Source: an uncultured Thermococci archaeon (GTDB lineage Archaea; Methanobacteriota_B; Thermococci; Methanofastidiosales; SZ-28-30). From it: 31,966 nt of DNA. The translations under genes were made by a program, and so were the position numbers. This document shows positions 9,305 to 18,820 of the stretch, piece after piece. The notes beneath the pieces were generated by a model. It had not been told where the DNA came from, made no database searches, and saw only the letters and a program-made list of their open reading frames with translations. Location: contig CAZFAR010000002.1 in the NCBI GenBank assembly GCA_964516825.1, forward strand, positions 1-31,966. Direction: 5' to 3'. Each line of letters starts with the position of its first letter. The first letter of the stretch is position 1.

Positions 9305-9322
9305 CCTTTATAAGCTTTTCGG
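9305..9322 (-). promoter_or_regulatory. BRE-TATA promoter for the RHH-like gene
   Basis: Minus strand reads CCGAAAAGCTTATAAAGG. Plus-strand TTAACA direct repeats at 9262, 9285 and 9294 lie just downstream of it. Confidence 0.65.
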
Positions 9323-9398
9323 TCAATTTTTGATGGGTTTGAAGAATCCATATATGGTAAAGAAAAATGAGTAATTGGTGAATTGATGATCACGTTTC

Positions 9399-9848
9399 TT
9401 ATATCTCGGCCTCTGCCACTGCTTTTTCCAAAACTAATTCGTATTTCTCCATCATGCGCTGAACTGCAGGAAGTGGAGCATCCAGCTTCTGGGCAATCTC
9501 TTCGGCAGACAGACCTTTCTTAAATAGATCGAGAAAGGCTTTCTCACGAATATAATTGGTCTTTAGTGCCAATCTCTGCCTTCTGTAGTTCACAGCAGCC
9601 TGCGTAGCCCCCAGTGCTTCACCGATTTCCCGATCAACTGACCCCTGATTGTACAAGTTCCGCAATTCATCATCAGAAAAGCTCTTCTTCATGTAGTTAT
9701 TTTTCAATCCCATCTTTTGACGACGATAGTTCACAGCAGCCTGCGTCACGCCAAGTGTGTCAGCAATTTGTCTATCAGTCAGCCCTTCTTGATGAAGCTC
9801 CAAAAGCTGTTCATTCGAAAACTTCAGCATGCACCCCTGTGCACTCAC
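9399..9848 (-). CDS. Tandem helix-turn-helix protein (two near-identical HTH repeats plus a third degenerate one); likely true start is the ATG at 9830
   Basis: FSNEQLLELHQEGLTDRQIADTLGVTQAAVNYRRQKMGLKNNY aligns with FSDDELRNLYNQGSVDREIGEALGATQAAVNYRRQRLALKTNY. A third unit reads GLSAEEIAQKLDAPLPAVQR. GGGGTG SD before 9830. Confidence 0.8.
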   Translation of the reverse strand: MSAQGCMLKFSNEQLLELHQEGLTDRQIADTLGVTQAAVNYRRQKMGLKNNYMKKSFSDDELRNLYNQGSVDREIGEALGATQAAVNYRRQRLALKTNYIREKAFLDLFKKGLSAEEIAQKLDAPLPAVQRMMEKYELVLEKAVAEAEI

Positions 9849-9979
9849 CCGTATAAAAACATTTCCTCATAGGTTATCTCTGACCATAAGGGATAAGGGA
9901 TTGTAGCAGCAGTTAGAAAAGACGGTCGCAGACACAGAGAATCCAGCACAGAATGAGTTGTGGCTGAAAAGCTGGCAGT

Positions 9980-10017
9980 TTATCCACCGCTTATCCAGAG
10001 TTATCCACCGCTTACCC
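9980..10017 (+). repeat. Helically phased direct repeats: TTATCCACCGCTTAYCC x2 (21-bp period), i.e. four TTAYCC units
   Basis: TTATCC at 9980, 9991 and 10001, TTACCC at 10012; spacings are 11, 10 and 11 bp. Confidence 0.75.
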
Positions 10018-10093
10018 GATTACGTGCATCTGAAAGAATCCTTGTGACCTGTGAAAAGACATGTATCACTGTGCCTCTCATTTCTTCTACGTA

Positions 10094-11167
10094 CTATTCA
10101 GAGGTGAGAAACTCCTTCAAAGCAGAACCAACCAGCTTCAACAGGAAAGAATTTCTCAGAAATTCATTCAATAGGGAAGTGTGCCTCTCAAAGTCTGCTA
10201 TGTCCTCAATGATATCAGTATTCTCCTTGAAGATTCTGAAAACTCTCTCAAGATTCTTCTCATTCAATCCTTCATAGATTCTTCGCAGCCGCAGCCCTGC
10301 CCTGATCTCTCTCCCAAATTTCTCTCTCCATTCATTCTCGTAGGCAGAAAGATCATCCAAGTGCTCAACAGCGATTTCTGCAGCCTTCATGCCAAAGAAG
10401 ATTCCTCCACCTGTTAACGGCTTTATCTGACACGCTGCATCCCCTAGCAGGGCCACCCTCCTTCTGGCAATACTCCCGTACCCCAATGAGATGACACCTG
10501 CCTGTTTATCAAGAATTCTGCCTTTGATTTCTTTCCGTTCAATGAACCTTTCCAGTTCGTGGACAGGGTCTGCACCCAGGAATCCGATGCGCATGGTTTC
10601 CTCTGTCTCTGGTATTGACCAAAAGAAAAAGGGCGGATGCACATGAAGTTCCAGAAAATCATCCTCAGGAGCTGTTTGAACGATATACTGAGCTCCAGGG
10701 TAAAATTTGGCCTTCAGTGCAAAAGCTCCCATTTTCCGTATTACAGAAAAAGGTCCATCACAGCCCAAAAGAAGATCACACCAATATGTCCCCCTTTCTG
10801 TTACCACTTCAATAGTATCATGTTCTTCGAATTCAATGACTCTCTCCCCTGTACGTATATCTAGCCCCCTTGAAAGTAATTTGTCTAACCTGGCTCTATC
10901 CAAGACGTATGCAGCTCTTGCTCTCTCAATCTCAAACGAATCATTTCCCAAAAAGAATCGAGCCCCATCGATCCGCCGTAGTATCACCTCTTCAGGAAAA
11001 GGGAGCTTTGATGTCTCCACAGTTTCCTTTCCAATGAGACCTGCGCACTGAACTGGCTTTCCAACTTCTGGATGCTCCTCAAATATGATGGGGTTGAACC
11101 CCTTCCTTCTGAGCAGCTGCCCGGTGTAGCATCCGACAATGCCACCACCTGCGATGATTATATCCAT
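10094..11167 (-). CDS. Geranylgeranyl reductase-family FAD-dependent oxidoreductase
   Basis: IIIAGGGIVG Rossmann motif, KPVQCAGLI, LLLGCDGPFS.IRK, VALLGDAACQIKPLTGGGI. Confidence 0.85.
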   Translation of the reverse strand: MDIIIAGGGIVGCYTGQLLRRKGFNPIIFEEHPEVGKPVQCAGLIGKETVETSKLPFPEEVILRRIDGARFFLGNDSFEIERARAAYVLDRARLDKLLSRGLDIRTGERVIEFEEHDTIEVVTERGTYWCDLLLGCDGPFSVIRKMGAFALKAKFYPGAQYIVQTAPEDDFLELHVHPPFFFWSIPETEETMRIGFLGADPVHELERFIERKEIKGRILDKQAGVISLGYGSIARRRVALLGDAACQIKPLTGGGIFFGMKAAEIAVEHLDDLSAYENEWREKFGREIRAGLRLRRIYEGLNEKNLERVFRIFKENTDIIEDIADFERHTSLLNEFLRNSFLLKLVGSALKEFLTSE

Positions 11168-11214
11168 TGCGACTAGCTGATCTTCTTCTTTTATGAACCT
11201 TTCTCCTCCTTGAC

Positions 11215-11230
11215 TGTTACACGTGTAACA
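11215..11230. repeat. 16-bp palindrome TGTTACACGTGTAACA (parS-like), copy 2
   Basis: Perfect copy, intergenic between the KaiC-like and GGR-family genes. Confidence 0.9.
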
Positions 11231-11357
11231 TCCGGCAGTGTCTGTGGCTCCTCTTCAGTAATGGTATTCAGAACATCCAGATAAATGGGGCTGGTAAGTC
11301 TTTTGATGAACCCACAATTGAATCACTGCTGCCATAAATGCTTCTATGATGGAGGCA

Positions 11358-12104
11358 TTAGATGATTCTTTCAGTTGTTTCCACCACGAGTCCTTCTTCG
11401 CTGATAATGTATGGGATCAACTTGGTAGAGAAGATCATGTTTCGCAGTTTCTGAATTCGCATCGTATGTTCAAGTTCGGAGCCTCTCTCCCTCGTGGAGA
11501 ACTCAAAGATGCCATCTGCCAGGTACAGAAGAGTGTTAACCAGGCGCTCCTCATGCACCCCCCTATCCAATATGAAGAAATAGATTCCTCCATACCTGCG
11601 AGCTGCTATCTGAATGATTTCGAAGAGGTCAACCACATCCTCAGGATTTTCTGTACGCATTAAAGAGGATAAGGAATCAATAATGACTCGTATCTGGGCT
11701 ACATGGCTGCTGGCAAATCTCTCCAGGTACTTGGTAAGAACCATTCTCAACTGATTTGAAGGACCAACATCCCACACCAATTCCTTGAGGATATCCAGAT
11801 CTGTTGAGTAGCTCTTCTCATATTTGGTAGTATATGCATCGATAAAAATCAACTGCTTTTTTTTCACGTACTCGTCCACATTCCAGTTATAGAACTTCAT
11901 ATCTTCTACAATTTCCTCACCAGGTCTCTCGGAAGTGAAATAGATGCCATGAGCTCCCAACACGAGTCCCGAATAAAGGAATTGCTGAGCAAAAACACGG
12001 ATTCCTGTACCAACAGGCCCGTGCATGATGATAGCGGTCTTATCTGGAAGACCTTTATCCATAATTATGTCGAATCCTTTGATTCCAGTTTTGAAATACT
12101 CCAT
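11358..12104 (-). CDS. KaiC/RAD55-like RecA-superfamily ATPase with a degenerate Walker A; likely start is the ATG at 12104 (MEYFKTGIKG)
   Basis: KTGIKGFD..MDKGLP, GIYFTSE, FIDAY, RVIIDSLSSL (Walker B), DGIFEF, MRIQKLR are typical. The P-loop reads GPVGTGIR. A TATA-like TTTTTATTA lies about 25 bp upstream of 12104. Confidence 0.85.
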   Translation of the reverse strand: MEYFKTGIKGFDIIMDKGLPDKTAIIMHGPVGTGIRVFAQQFLYSGLVLGAHGIYFTSERPGEEIVEDMKFYNWNVDEYVKKKQLIFIDAYTTKYEKSYSTDLDILKELVWDVGPSNQLRMVLTKYLERFASSHVAQIRVIIDSLSSLMRTENPEDVVDLFEIIQIAARRYGGIYFFILDRGVHEERLVNTLLYLADGIFEFSTRERGSELEHTMRIQKLRNMIFSTKLIPYIISEEGLVVETTERII

Positions 12105-12172
12105 AGTATTGCAGGCGTACAAGATAATAAAAAGGTTTCCTCTGTCTGTAAGTGTCCGCCCAACCATGTCAC

Positions 12173-12188
12173 TGCTACACGTGTAACA
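12173..12188. repeat. parS-like palindrome copy 3, TGCTACACGTGTAACA (one mismatch)
   Basis: 15/16 match; upstream of the likely true KaiC-like start. Confidence 0.85.
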
Positions 12189-12301
12189 TTTGACCTTCTT
12201 CGCAGAGGTTGACATTTTCTCCCAAAAAGATAGAAGAGCAATCTCCTGGAATGACTGTCTGAGTAAGAGCTTGAAGAGTGATCAAAAAATAGAAGGAAGG
12301 T

Positions 12302-15300
12302 CTATTCTTTTTTCTTCAACACATCTCTTGGACTGAATTCATCTAGTAAATCGATTTCATTGTTCTTTTCTTCTTCATCTTCCTTTTTTTCTTCCTTTCT
12401 TGATCCTTTGAGAAGCTCTTTGATATCTGGTATCTCGAATTCTTCTTCTTTCTTCTCCCATTTTGGAAGTTCTGATACTGGTTCCTTTCTCTTTTCTACT
12501 TCTTCTTTTCTCACTCCTCTGAGAATTTCTCGAACATCTGTGAATCCTGTTCTCTCTGGCTTCTCTGATTTTTCCTCTTCAAACAGATCTTCAAGGCCCA
12601 GTTCCTCTTTCGTGATGTCCCTCGGCGCAAATTCCCTTTCAAGGCTGAATTCCTCTGACTCTTTACCGAATTCGAACTCTTCAGCCTTTCTGACTCCTGT
12701 TTCTTCTGGTTCCAGTAGCTCATGGACATCTCTGACCTTTGCAACCCTTTCCACTTTCTCTTTCTTCTCCTCAATTGTCTCCCGTCTCCTTCTCAGGACA
12801 TCCAGGGGAGTCACTTCTTCCATTGCTTCTGCCTTTTCTTCAGGGGAGGGCAGAGCTGGCTTCCTGATTTCCTCTTTCCAGATTTCTTTCCCCTCTACAG
12901 GTGTTGGGGGAAGTTCCTCTGGTGCATATGTCTCCTCTTCTGTCCGTCTTCTTTCAATGAGAAGGAAGGCCAGCATCATGCTGATGGCCATGATCAAAAA
13001 GATGATCAAGATCAGGGTAATGTCAAAGGACCTGGCCAGTCTCTGTGCTATTGTTTCCACTGCTTTCTTTGCTTCCTCTGTTGGAATCTTTTTCTCTTCT
13101 TCTGGCGGCTTCATTTCCTCTACTGCAACAGAAACAGGTTCTGACATGGATTCATGCTTATCATTATACACATCGATGAAGGTGGCTTTGGCTGCACCAA
13201 GGTTGAAGCTTCCCTGAGCTGTAGGCTTTAGCGAGTAGGTGAACGTTATTTCTTCTCCTGGGTTCAAGACTCCAATGTTCCAGCTCGTTTCGCCTTCCAG
13301 CACAGTAAACTCCTCGGGGACCCAGTCCTTGACGACTACATTGGTCGCCCTTTCATCATAGGTATTAGTTACCCGGACTGTGATCACGACTGCTTCACCC
13401 ACTTTCAGGGTAGCCATATCTGCAGTCTTTTCTATCAGGATCCCCTTGACCCTCAATAGAGCAGGCTCAGATCCTGCAGTGTAGACAATTTTCCATTTGT
13501 CCTCGTAGGTAGCAGTAGCTGCAGGAAGGAGAAGGCTTCCCACCCGTGTACACAGCATCTCGTAGAGGATCTGGGCAGATTCTCCTGGCTCTAGCTTGCC
13601 TTCCCATTCATTTGTTCCTGATAGGAGTACCATTCCCTCAGGCAAAGGATCGACCAGGTGGGTAATTGCAGGAATTTCGCCCTCGTTGATCACGTTGACT
13701 GCAACCTTGACAGAGAAGTTCAGCTTTACATCGCTTTTCTCCACCACCTTGGTGATCCTCAGATAAGGTTTTTGGGCCTTGACATCGAATTTTCCCTTTC
13801 TTTCTGCAGAATATTCGCGATCAAAATCATCGGAGTAGATTGCATTGAATGTCAGCTCATAGGTTTTGTCCTGGCTGAAATGAGGGACTTTAATCGTGTA
13901 CTTTATCACTAGTTCCTCTCCAATACCTACTTCATCAGCGAACAGGGTAATGCCGCCTCCTTCCTGGAGATAATCAGTAGAAACTTCCAGGAGCTGTGCT
14001 CCTTCAGGTAGAGCTGTCCTTACCTTTATTTCTTTGGCTGAAATCCCCCCCATGTTGGGGAGCGTGAGTATCACAGTGATGTATTCTCCATCTAGATCTA
14101 CCTGCCGTTTGAAACTGTAGTCTATCGTCAGATTGGGAGATTCAGTCTCCGGAATCATTACAGTCTGATCCTCTGCTACTACTTCCTGCTTCACTCCATC
14201 CCCATTCTCATAGGCTATCCTCACTCCCTTGAATGTGTACTTGCCTGCCTTCTCTCCTGCTCTTAGAGTGTACTTCAACAAGATGTACTTTTCTGGCTTC
14301 AGCTCGTCGATGTAGTACCTGATTGTACCTTCTTCCTCTTTCAATCCCTTGGTTTCCAGTTTTTCTACTGTGAAGCCCTCAGGTAAAATATCTACGACCT
14401 GGATGTGTTCTAGGGGATTTGATGTATCATTTTCTACTCTGATGACTACTGTTAAAGTGTCTCCCTTTGCAACAACATCAGAATCGAGTTCACGGTGAAG
14501 TGCTGGACCTGGCTCTGTTATCACCCTTATCTCTGTAGTATTGCTGACAGCCTCATATACATGGCCCCTCTCATCCTTGTAGAAGATTTTACCCTTGAAT
14601 TGATAGATGCCAATCTGTTTTACTTTGATCTTGTAGGTAACTTTGACCACATCTCCAGGCTTTAGAGTACCCATCCATTCTGCATGCCCTTCAATGACTT
14701 CCAGTCCCTGGGGTATCTGATCTATGTAGTGAACCTGCTTTATTTCTTCTTCTGACAGATTCTTGATGAAAGCCACTATAGTTCGCTCCTCACCCACTCG
14801 CATGTCTGCTATTTCTTTTCCTGTTTCTTTTACCACAGACTTGCCTTCGACTATGTTTTTCTGTAGATCAATATTGGCTCTTCTCTGGGGGAGTACATTC
14901 AAGTAAGCAGTTTTTGTGTCTGCTTTAGTTTCCAGTCCATCAGAATAGGTTATCCTCACCTTTATGGGAAATGATGTTTCTTTGGAGACTGAAGGTGCTT
15001 TCATCAAGAAGAGAAGACCTGCCTGTTCTCCAGGGCCGATTTCCAGGATTAGGTGTTTATCCAAATTGTATACCCAGGTCACATCTACTGGATTGAAATC
15101 TGGTGCGTCCAGCTCATAAGCAATTTCAGATGCAGTCCCATCTCCATCATTTCTCAAGAGAACGTGAGCCAGGAAGGTATCATCCGAGTAGATCTGAGAA
15201 ATTCCCGTACTCATGGAAACCTCTTCCAATATGCCCCAGTAAACATTCATGTCTATGTCAGGTTTCACTCTGGTGTGCAAATGGAAACGGGCAGATCTAT

Positions 15301-18300
15301 CCTTTTCATTGAAATCAGTAAATTCAAAGAAGAATTTGTTGTCGTAGAATCTGCTCTCAAATATCTTTATCAAGTAGTTCTCCAGTTTTTCCGCACCTTT
15401 CATCACCTGGGTGAAAACAGCGTCTGTCACCACCTCAGTCACATCTTCAGGAGTGATCTTGTAATCCCCTGATCTCGCAATACCGCCCATTCCCAGGTAC
15501 CGATCCTGTTCTTCTTTGTACAGATCGTAGGTATACACCTTGAGCATGTAGCAGTTGTAAGGAACATCCTCAACAACTACATCGAAATCCAGATAGAATC
15601 TGTCTCCTGCTGTCAACTGGCTCAGCTTGAACACTATTGTATCATCTGCTCCATCTCCATCTGAATCGTAGGTGTTCCATGTGACAAAGGGGTTGGTAGA
15701 GGTTATGGAAAAAGGAAGAAGTGTTGTGTACTGGGGAATTTTGTCAATTATGACGATGTTGAAAGCATCTCCGTAAGGGCCTGAGCCGGTATTAGTCACA
15801 GTGATTAGGTAATGCACAGGACCTGCAGCCTGCACGTAAGGCCCTTCCTTTTCTATTGACATAGTAAGACAGGGCTCCAGTGGTTCAGTGATCTGGGCCA
15901 AGGCAGTTTGAATCCAGGTTTCTGCAATGTTGCTGGTCGTTGTTACAGTAGTACTGCTCAATGGCGGGAAATTGACAATATAGGTGAGATCGGCAGTGTT
16001 GTTAATTCTCCCTGCACTCCCTATGGGTACGAAAACACTGTAGATGCCACGTATGAAAGCTCCAGGGACGACTGGCGATCCTACTCCCTGCCAGGTAACT
16101 GTGTTTGCAGTAATGACAGGAGCCAATCCAGCAGGAGTAACAACATTCTGCGGGTTGGTGGTGGGAGGTGGAATTACATCAGTAATACTAGTCACCAGAG
16201 CAGTAAAGGGTATTGGTGAGAGAGGATCTATAGTGTTGTAGGCAGTGAGCCTGTAGTACAGCCTGCTTCCTGGCAGTATCGTGGGAGCAGGGATTGTACA
16301 TGCCGGGTCCTGAAAAGCTTCTTTTATCAGTTGAGCAGCCTGCACCAATATGGTAACTGAAGGTGCTGTCTGAGTTCTCTGCATTCCCAATTCATAATAG
16401 TAGACAATGGCGCTGTCATTGGTAATGCTGTCTCCAAAATTGACACTTCCATCAGAAAGAACGTCTGCCTGGTAGGTGAGCAGTGTATATCCTGGAGGTA
16501 TTGCAGGGATATTCCAGATTACTGTGTCTCCCGCGTTCCCTATAATGAAATCCCCGTTCGTGTCCTGGATGGCTGCTACTGAACCTGGAGGCAATGGAAA
16601 AAGAGGGGGCGGGGGTGTATGAGGAACCTGTGCATTGATCATCCCTTGAGGAATGTCATCCTGTACCTGTACAGAAACGGGAACACCTGCTCCATTGTAG
16701 ACCTCAAGAAAGAAGATTATTGTATCCCCTGGAACGCAAGTGCCAGAGAAATCCTCATCTGAAATCTGGAAATTTGGCAACAAATCAGGACCTACCTGTA
16801 CCAGCCCTGGAGCTGGATCTAAAGGCGGAACGTATCCTGTAAAGGGAGGTATTCCCTCATATCCCAATCCTGACCAATCTCTTGCATTAGGATTGTATGC
16901 TACCTTCCTGATCTGTACTAATGTCACTTCTGTGTTCCATTCAGCCATTTCCCAGGGCTGCTCCTCATATGCAGTCAAGTCCGTAGGATTGCCTTTCAAA
17001 TCCTCGTACTTGAGAACCACATTGTTCAGTAAGTCGCGAATAGGCATACATATGTCTACTAGAATCTTCTCAAATCGCGGGACATACTGATCATTTTTTG
17101 GATAGAAGTCGCATGTACCGAGGGGTCTGTGCCTGTCCAGCTCGTCAAATACAATCTGGAAGTCTCTCATTCCGTAGGGGAATACTGCAGGACTTGCAAT
17201 GAGTTCAGAATCCACCTCTCTCACGAATTTGAGGTAGACCTTTTCGTTTTCCAATTCAATCTTTTCTACAATAATGGCGAAATCAGAAAGGCCTATCTCG
17301 TATTCTTCAGGAAATATAATGTTGTTCTCAAAGTGATCATCACATGCGAAGTAGAAAACAGTGTACATTTTCTCGTCTGGATCAAGAGCATCTGTATTGA
17401 AAAGGTGGGTGTCTTCGTCTATGAACAATCGAGCTACAATGATCTGTTCACAATCAATGGTTTCAATCTGATAAACGTGGATCAGCTCCACACGAATATC
17501 CTTCTCTGTTCCATCAGGATACTTTCTCCTGTAGATATGGAATGAGTATTCTTCCTCTTTCTGATCATAGGGTACGATCAGGGCTTTTCCATAATCAGTC
17601 TCAAAAAGGACTAGCTCATTGTTGTTTCTGATCATCAGGTAGTATGGATCAAAGCTTACGAGCTGACGATACAGCTTGGACATTTCGTCAAGCGCAGTGT
17701 AGTAGTAGGCGGTAGTACCGTCTATGTTGTCGGGAAGCCCTCTGCGTTCCACAGTGTGAAGAAAGAAGTTTTCATACAGTAAATCATATTTCTCGTGCAT
17801 GTAGATTTGCAGCTTGGCATAGTGGGTGATGTCAGCAATGTAGCATCCTTCGCATCGCGGCAACGTCGTGTGCAAAGTTTCCCTGAAGAACCCTTGGAAG
17901 TTGAAGACAATCCGAGCGAATTCATCCTCATACCATGCAGTATCTCCCACGATTTCACAGCGTTCACACTCCTCCAGCCTTAAGAGAAGGATCAGCTTCT
18001 GATTATCTGTAAGGGTGGTCATAGCCTTCAAGGCAGGATGTTGAAACACTCTGGGAGGAGACGCAGGGTGGATGTACTCCTGATAGTCGATCTCTTTGTA
18101 TACAGGAATAGGCAGTTCATACATTTTTTTGTATATCTTTAGGGCCAGCTTCTTTGTAATGGAGCGATCCCTGTTCATTCCTAACCACTCATCAGGATCT
18201 ACTGCACCGTTGAATTCTCCTGGCAGATTGTTTTGAGGATTCAGATCTGTGTTCTTTCCTTCATGCCACTCTCCAATATCAAATACACCATTCCCATTCA

Positions 18301-18820
18301 AATCTGTCAGCTCATTCAGATCTACAATGCCATTCCCATTCCAATCTGTCCATTCACCGTACTCCCTGATATTGTTCCCATTCTCGTCAAACCACTCAAT
18401 AGCTTCAACAATGAAGTTGCCGTTTAAATCCTTCCATTCTCCAGCATCAATGATGAGATCATGCTCAAAATCATATACTACTACCAGGTAAAGGTCGTTC
18501 GGCCCCAGGAATATCAATTGACCTCCAGACATCCCAAGAGGGAAGAAACTGGAGATTGAGGGGCTCTGCATTACACTGCCGTCTGGTGCAAGCGGGAAGT
18601 AGTCTGGAGGATTCTCCAAGTACACAGCTGCATGCCATTCGTTGGGCTCTGTCCGATAAGAGCGAGTCAGATCAATGAGCACCTGTCCCAGATGCTCTTC
18701 CAGTATTACTATGCTGTCATCGTAAGCCAAGTACGGAGGGACTGCACTTTCCTCTTGTGTCTCTATCTGTGCTGCTACCACGAACAGGAGCATTGCTACA
18801 GCAAGGGCCCTCCTCATCAA
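12302..18820 (-). CDS. 2172-aa membrane-anchored surface protein: signal peptide, DxNGN Ca-binding-like repeats, multiple DUF11/BatD/S-layer-like beta-sandwich repeats, one TM helix, highly charged cytoplasmic tail
   Basis: Signal peptide MMRRALAVAMLLFVVAA. Repeated 'I.K......(V/L)..GE...I.(V/I).V.N.......V.V.D.(I/L)PEG..(V/L)..G...W.G.L.PGE....Y.(I/L)'. TM segment ITLILIIFLIMAISMMLAFLLI near 12955-13020, followed by about 215 E/K/R-rich residues. Confidence 0.8.
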   Translation of the reverse strand: MMRRALAVAMLLFVVAAQIETQEESAVPPYLAYDDSIVILEEHLGQVLIDLTRSYRTEPNEWHAAVYLENPPDYFPLAPDGSVMQSPSISSFFPLGMSGGQLIFLGPNDLYLVVVYDFEHDLIIDAGEWKDLNGNFIVEAIEWFDENGNNIREYGEWTDWNGNGIVDLNELTDLNGNGVFDIGEWHEGKNTDLNPQNNLPGEFNGAVDPDEWLGMNRDRSITKKLALKIYKKMYELPIPVYKEIDYQEYIHPASPPRVFQHPALKAMTTLTDNQKLILLLRLEECERCEIVGDTAWYEDEFARIVFNFQGFFRETLHTTLPRCEGCYIADITHYAKLQIYMHEKYDLLYENFFLHTVERRGLPDNIDGTTAYYYTALDEMSKLYRQLVSFDPYYLMIRNNNELVLFETDYGKALIVPYDQKEEEYSFHIYRRKYPDGTEKDIRVELIHVYQIETIDCEQIIVARLFIDEDTHLFNTDALDPDEKMYTVFYFACDDHFENNIIFPEEYEIGLSDFAIIVEKIELENEKVYLKFVREVDSELIASPAVFPYGMRDFQIVFDELDRHRPLGTCDFYPKNDQYVPRFEKILVDICMPIRDLLNNVVLKYEDLKGNPTDLTAYEEQPWEMAEWNTEVTLVQIRKVAYNPNARDWSGLGYEGIPPFTGYVPPLDPAPGLVQVGPDLLPNFQISDEDFSGTCVPGDTIIFFLEVYNGAGVPVSVQVQDDIPQGMINAQVPHTPPPPLFPLPPGSVAAIQDTNGDFIIGNAGDTVIWNIPAIPPGYTLLTYQADVLSDGSVNFGDSITNDSAIVYYYELGMQRTQTAPSVTILVQAAQLIKEAFQDPACTIPAPTILPGSRLYYRLTAYNTIDPLSPIPFTALVTSITDVIPPPTTNPQNVVTPAGLAPVITANTVTWQGVGSPVVPGAFIRGIYSVFVPIGSAGRINNTADLTYIVNFPPLSSTTVTTTSNIAETWIQTALAQITEPLEPCLTMSIEKEGPYVQAAGPVHYLITVTNTGSGPYGDAFNIVIIDKIPQYTTLLPFSITSTNPFVTWNTYDSDGDGADDTIVFKLSQLTAGDRFYLDFDVVVEDVPYNCYMLKVYTYDLYKEEQDRYLGMGGIARSGDYKITPEDVTEVVTDAVFTQVMKGAEKLENYLIKIFESRFYDNKFFFEFTDFNEKDRSARFHLHTRVKPDIDMNVYWGILEEVSMSTGISQIYSDDTFLAHVLLRNDGDGTASEIAYELDAPDFNPVDVTWVYNLDKHLILEIGPGEQAGLLFLMKAPSVSKETSFPIKVRITYSDGLETKADTKTAYLNVLPQRRANIDLQKNIVEGKSVVKETGKEIADMRVGEERTIVAFIKNLSEEEIKQVHYIDQIPQGLEVIEGHAEWMGTLKPGDVVKVTYKIKVKQIGIYQFKGKIFYKDERGHVYEAVSNTTEIRVITEPGPALHRELDSDVVAKGDTLTVVIRVENDTSNPLEHIQVVDILPEGFTVEKLETKGLKEEEGTIRYYIDELKPEKYILLKYTLRAGEKAGKYTFKGVRIAYENGDGVKQEVVAEDQTVMIPETESPNLTIDYSFKRQVDLDGEYITVILTLPNMGGISAKEIKVRTALPEGAQLLEVSTDYLQEGGGITLFADEVGIGEELVIKYTIKVPHFSQDKTYELTFNAIYSDDFDREYSAERKGKFDVKAQKPYLRITKVVEKSDVKLNFSVKVAVNVINEGEIPAITHLVDPLPEGMVLLSGTNEWEGKLEPGESAQILYEMLCTRVGSLLLPAATATYEDKWKIVYTAGSEPALLRVKGILIEKTADMATLKVGEAVVITVRVTNTYDERATNVVVKDWVPEEFTVLEGETSWNIGVLNPGEEITFTYSLKPTAQGSFNLGAAKATFIDVYNDKHESMSEPVSVAVEEMKPPEEEKKIPTEEAKKAVETIAQRLARSFDITLILIIFLIMAISMMLAFLLIERRRTEEETYAPEELPPTPVEGKEIWKEEIRKPALPSPEEKAEAMEEVTPLDVLRRRRETIEEKKEKVERVAKVRDVHELLEPEETGVRKAEEFEFGKESEEFSLEREFAPRDITKEELGLEDLFEEEKSEKPERTGFTDVREILRGVRKEEVEKRKEPVSELPKWEKKEEEFEIPDIKELLKGSRKEEKKEDEEEKNNEIDLLDEFSPRDVLKKKE

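Noticed and set aside
9980-10017. A bacterial-type oriC
   Set aside because: The boxes are imperfect, no dnaA or AT-rich unwinding element is evident, and all housekeeping genes are archaeal. Kept only as a repeat finding.
12105-12215. 37-aa N-terminal extension of the KaiC-like ORF given in the track
   Set aside because: Homology begins at MEYFKTG. The extension contains the TATA box and palindrome copy 3, so it is probably non-coding.
12360-13217. 285-aa Ser/Phe-rich plus-strand ORF, and the many other short antisense ORFs in the track
   Set aside because: These are shadows of codon bias in the real genes on the opposite strand (here the E/K-rich tail).
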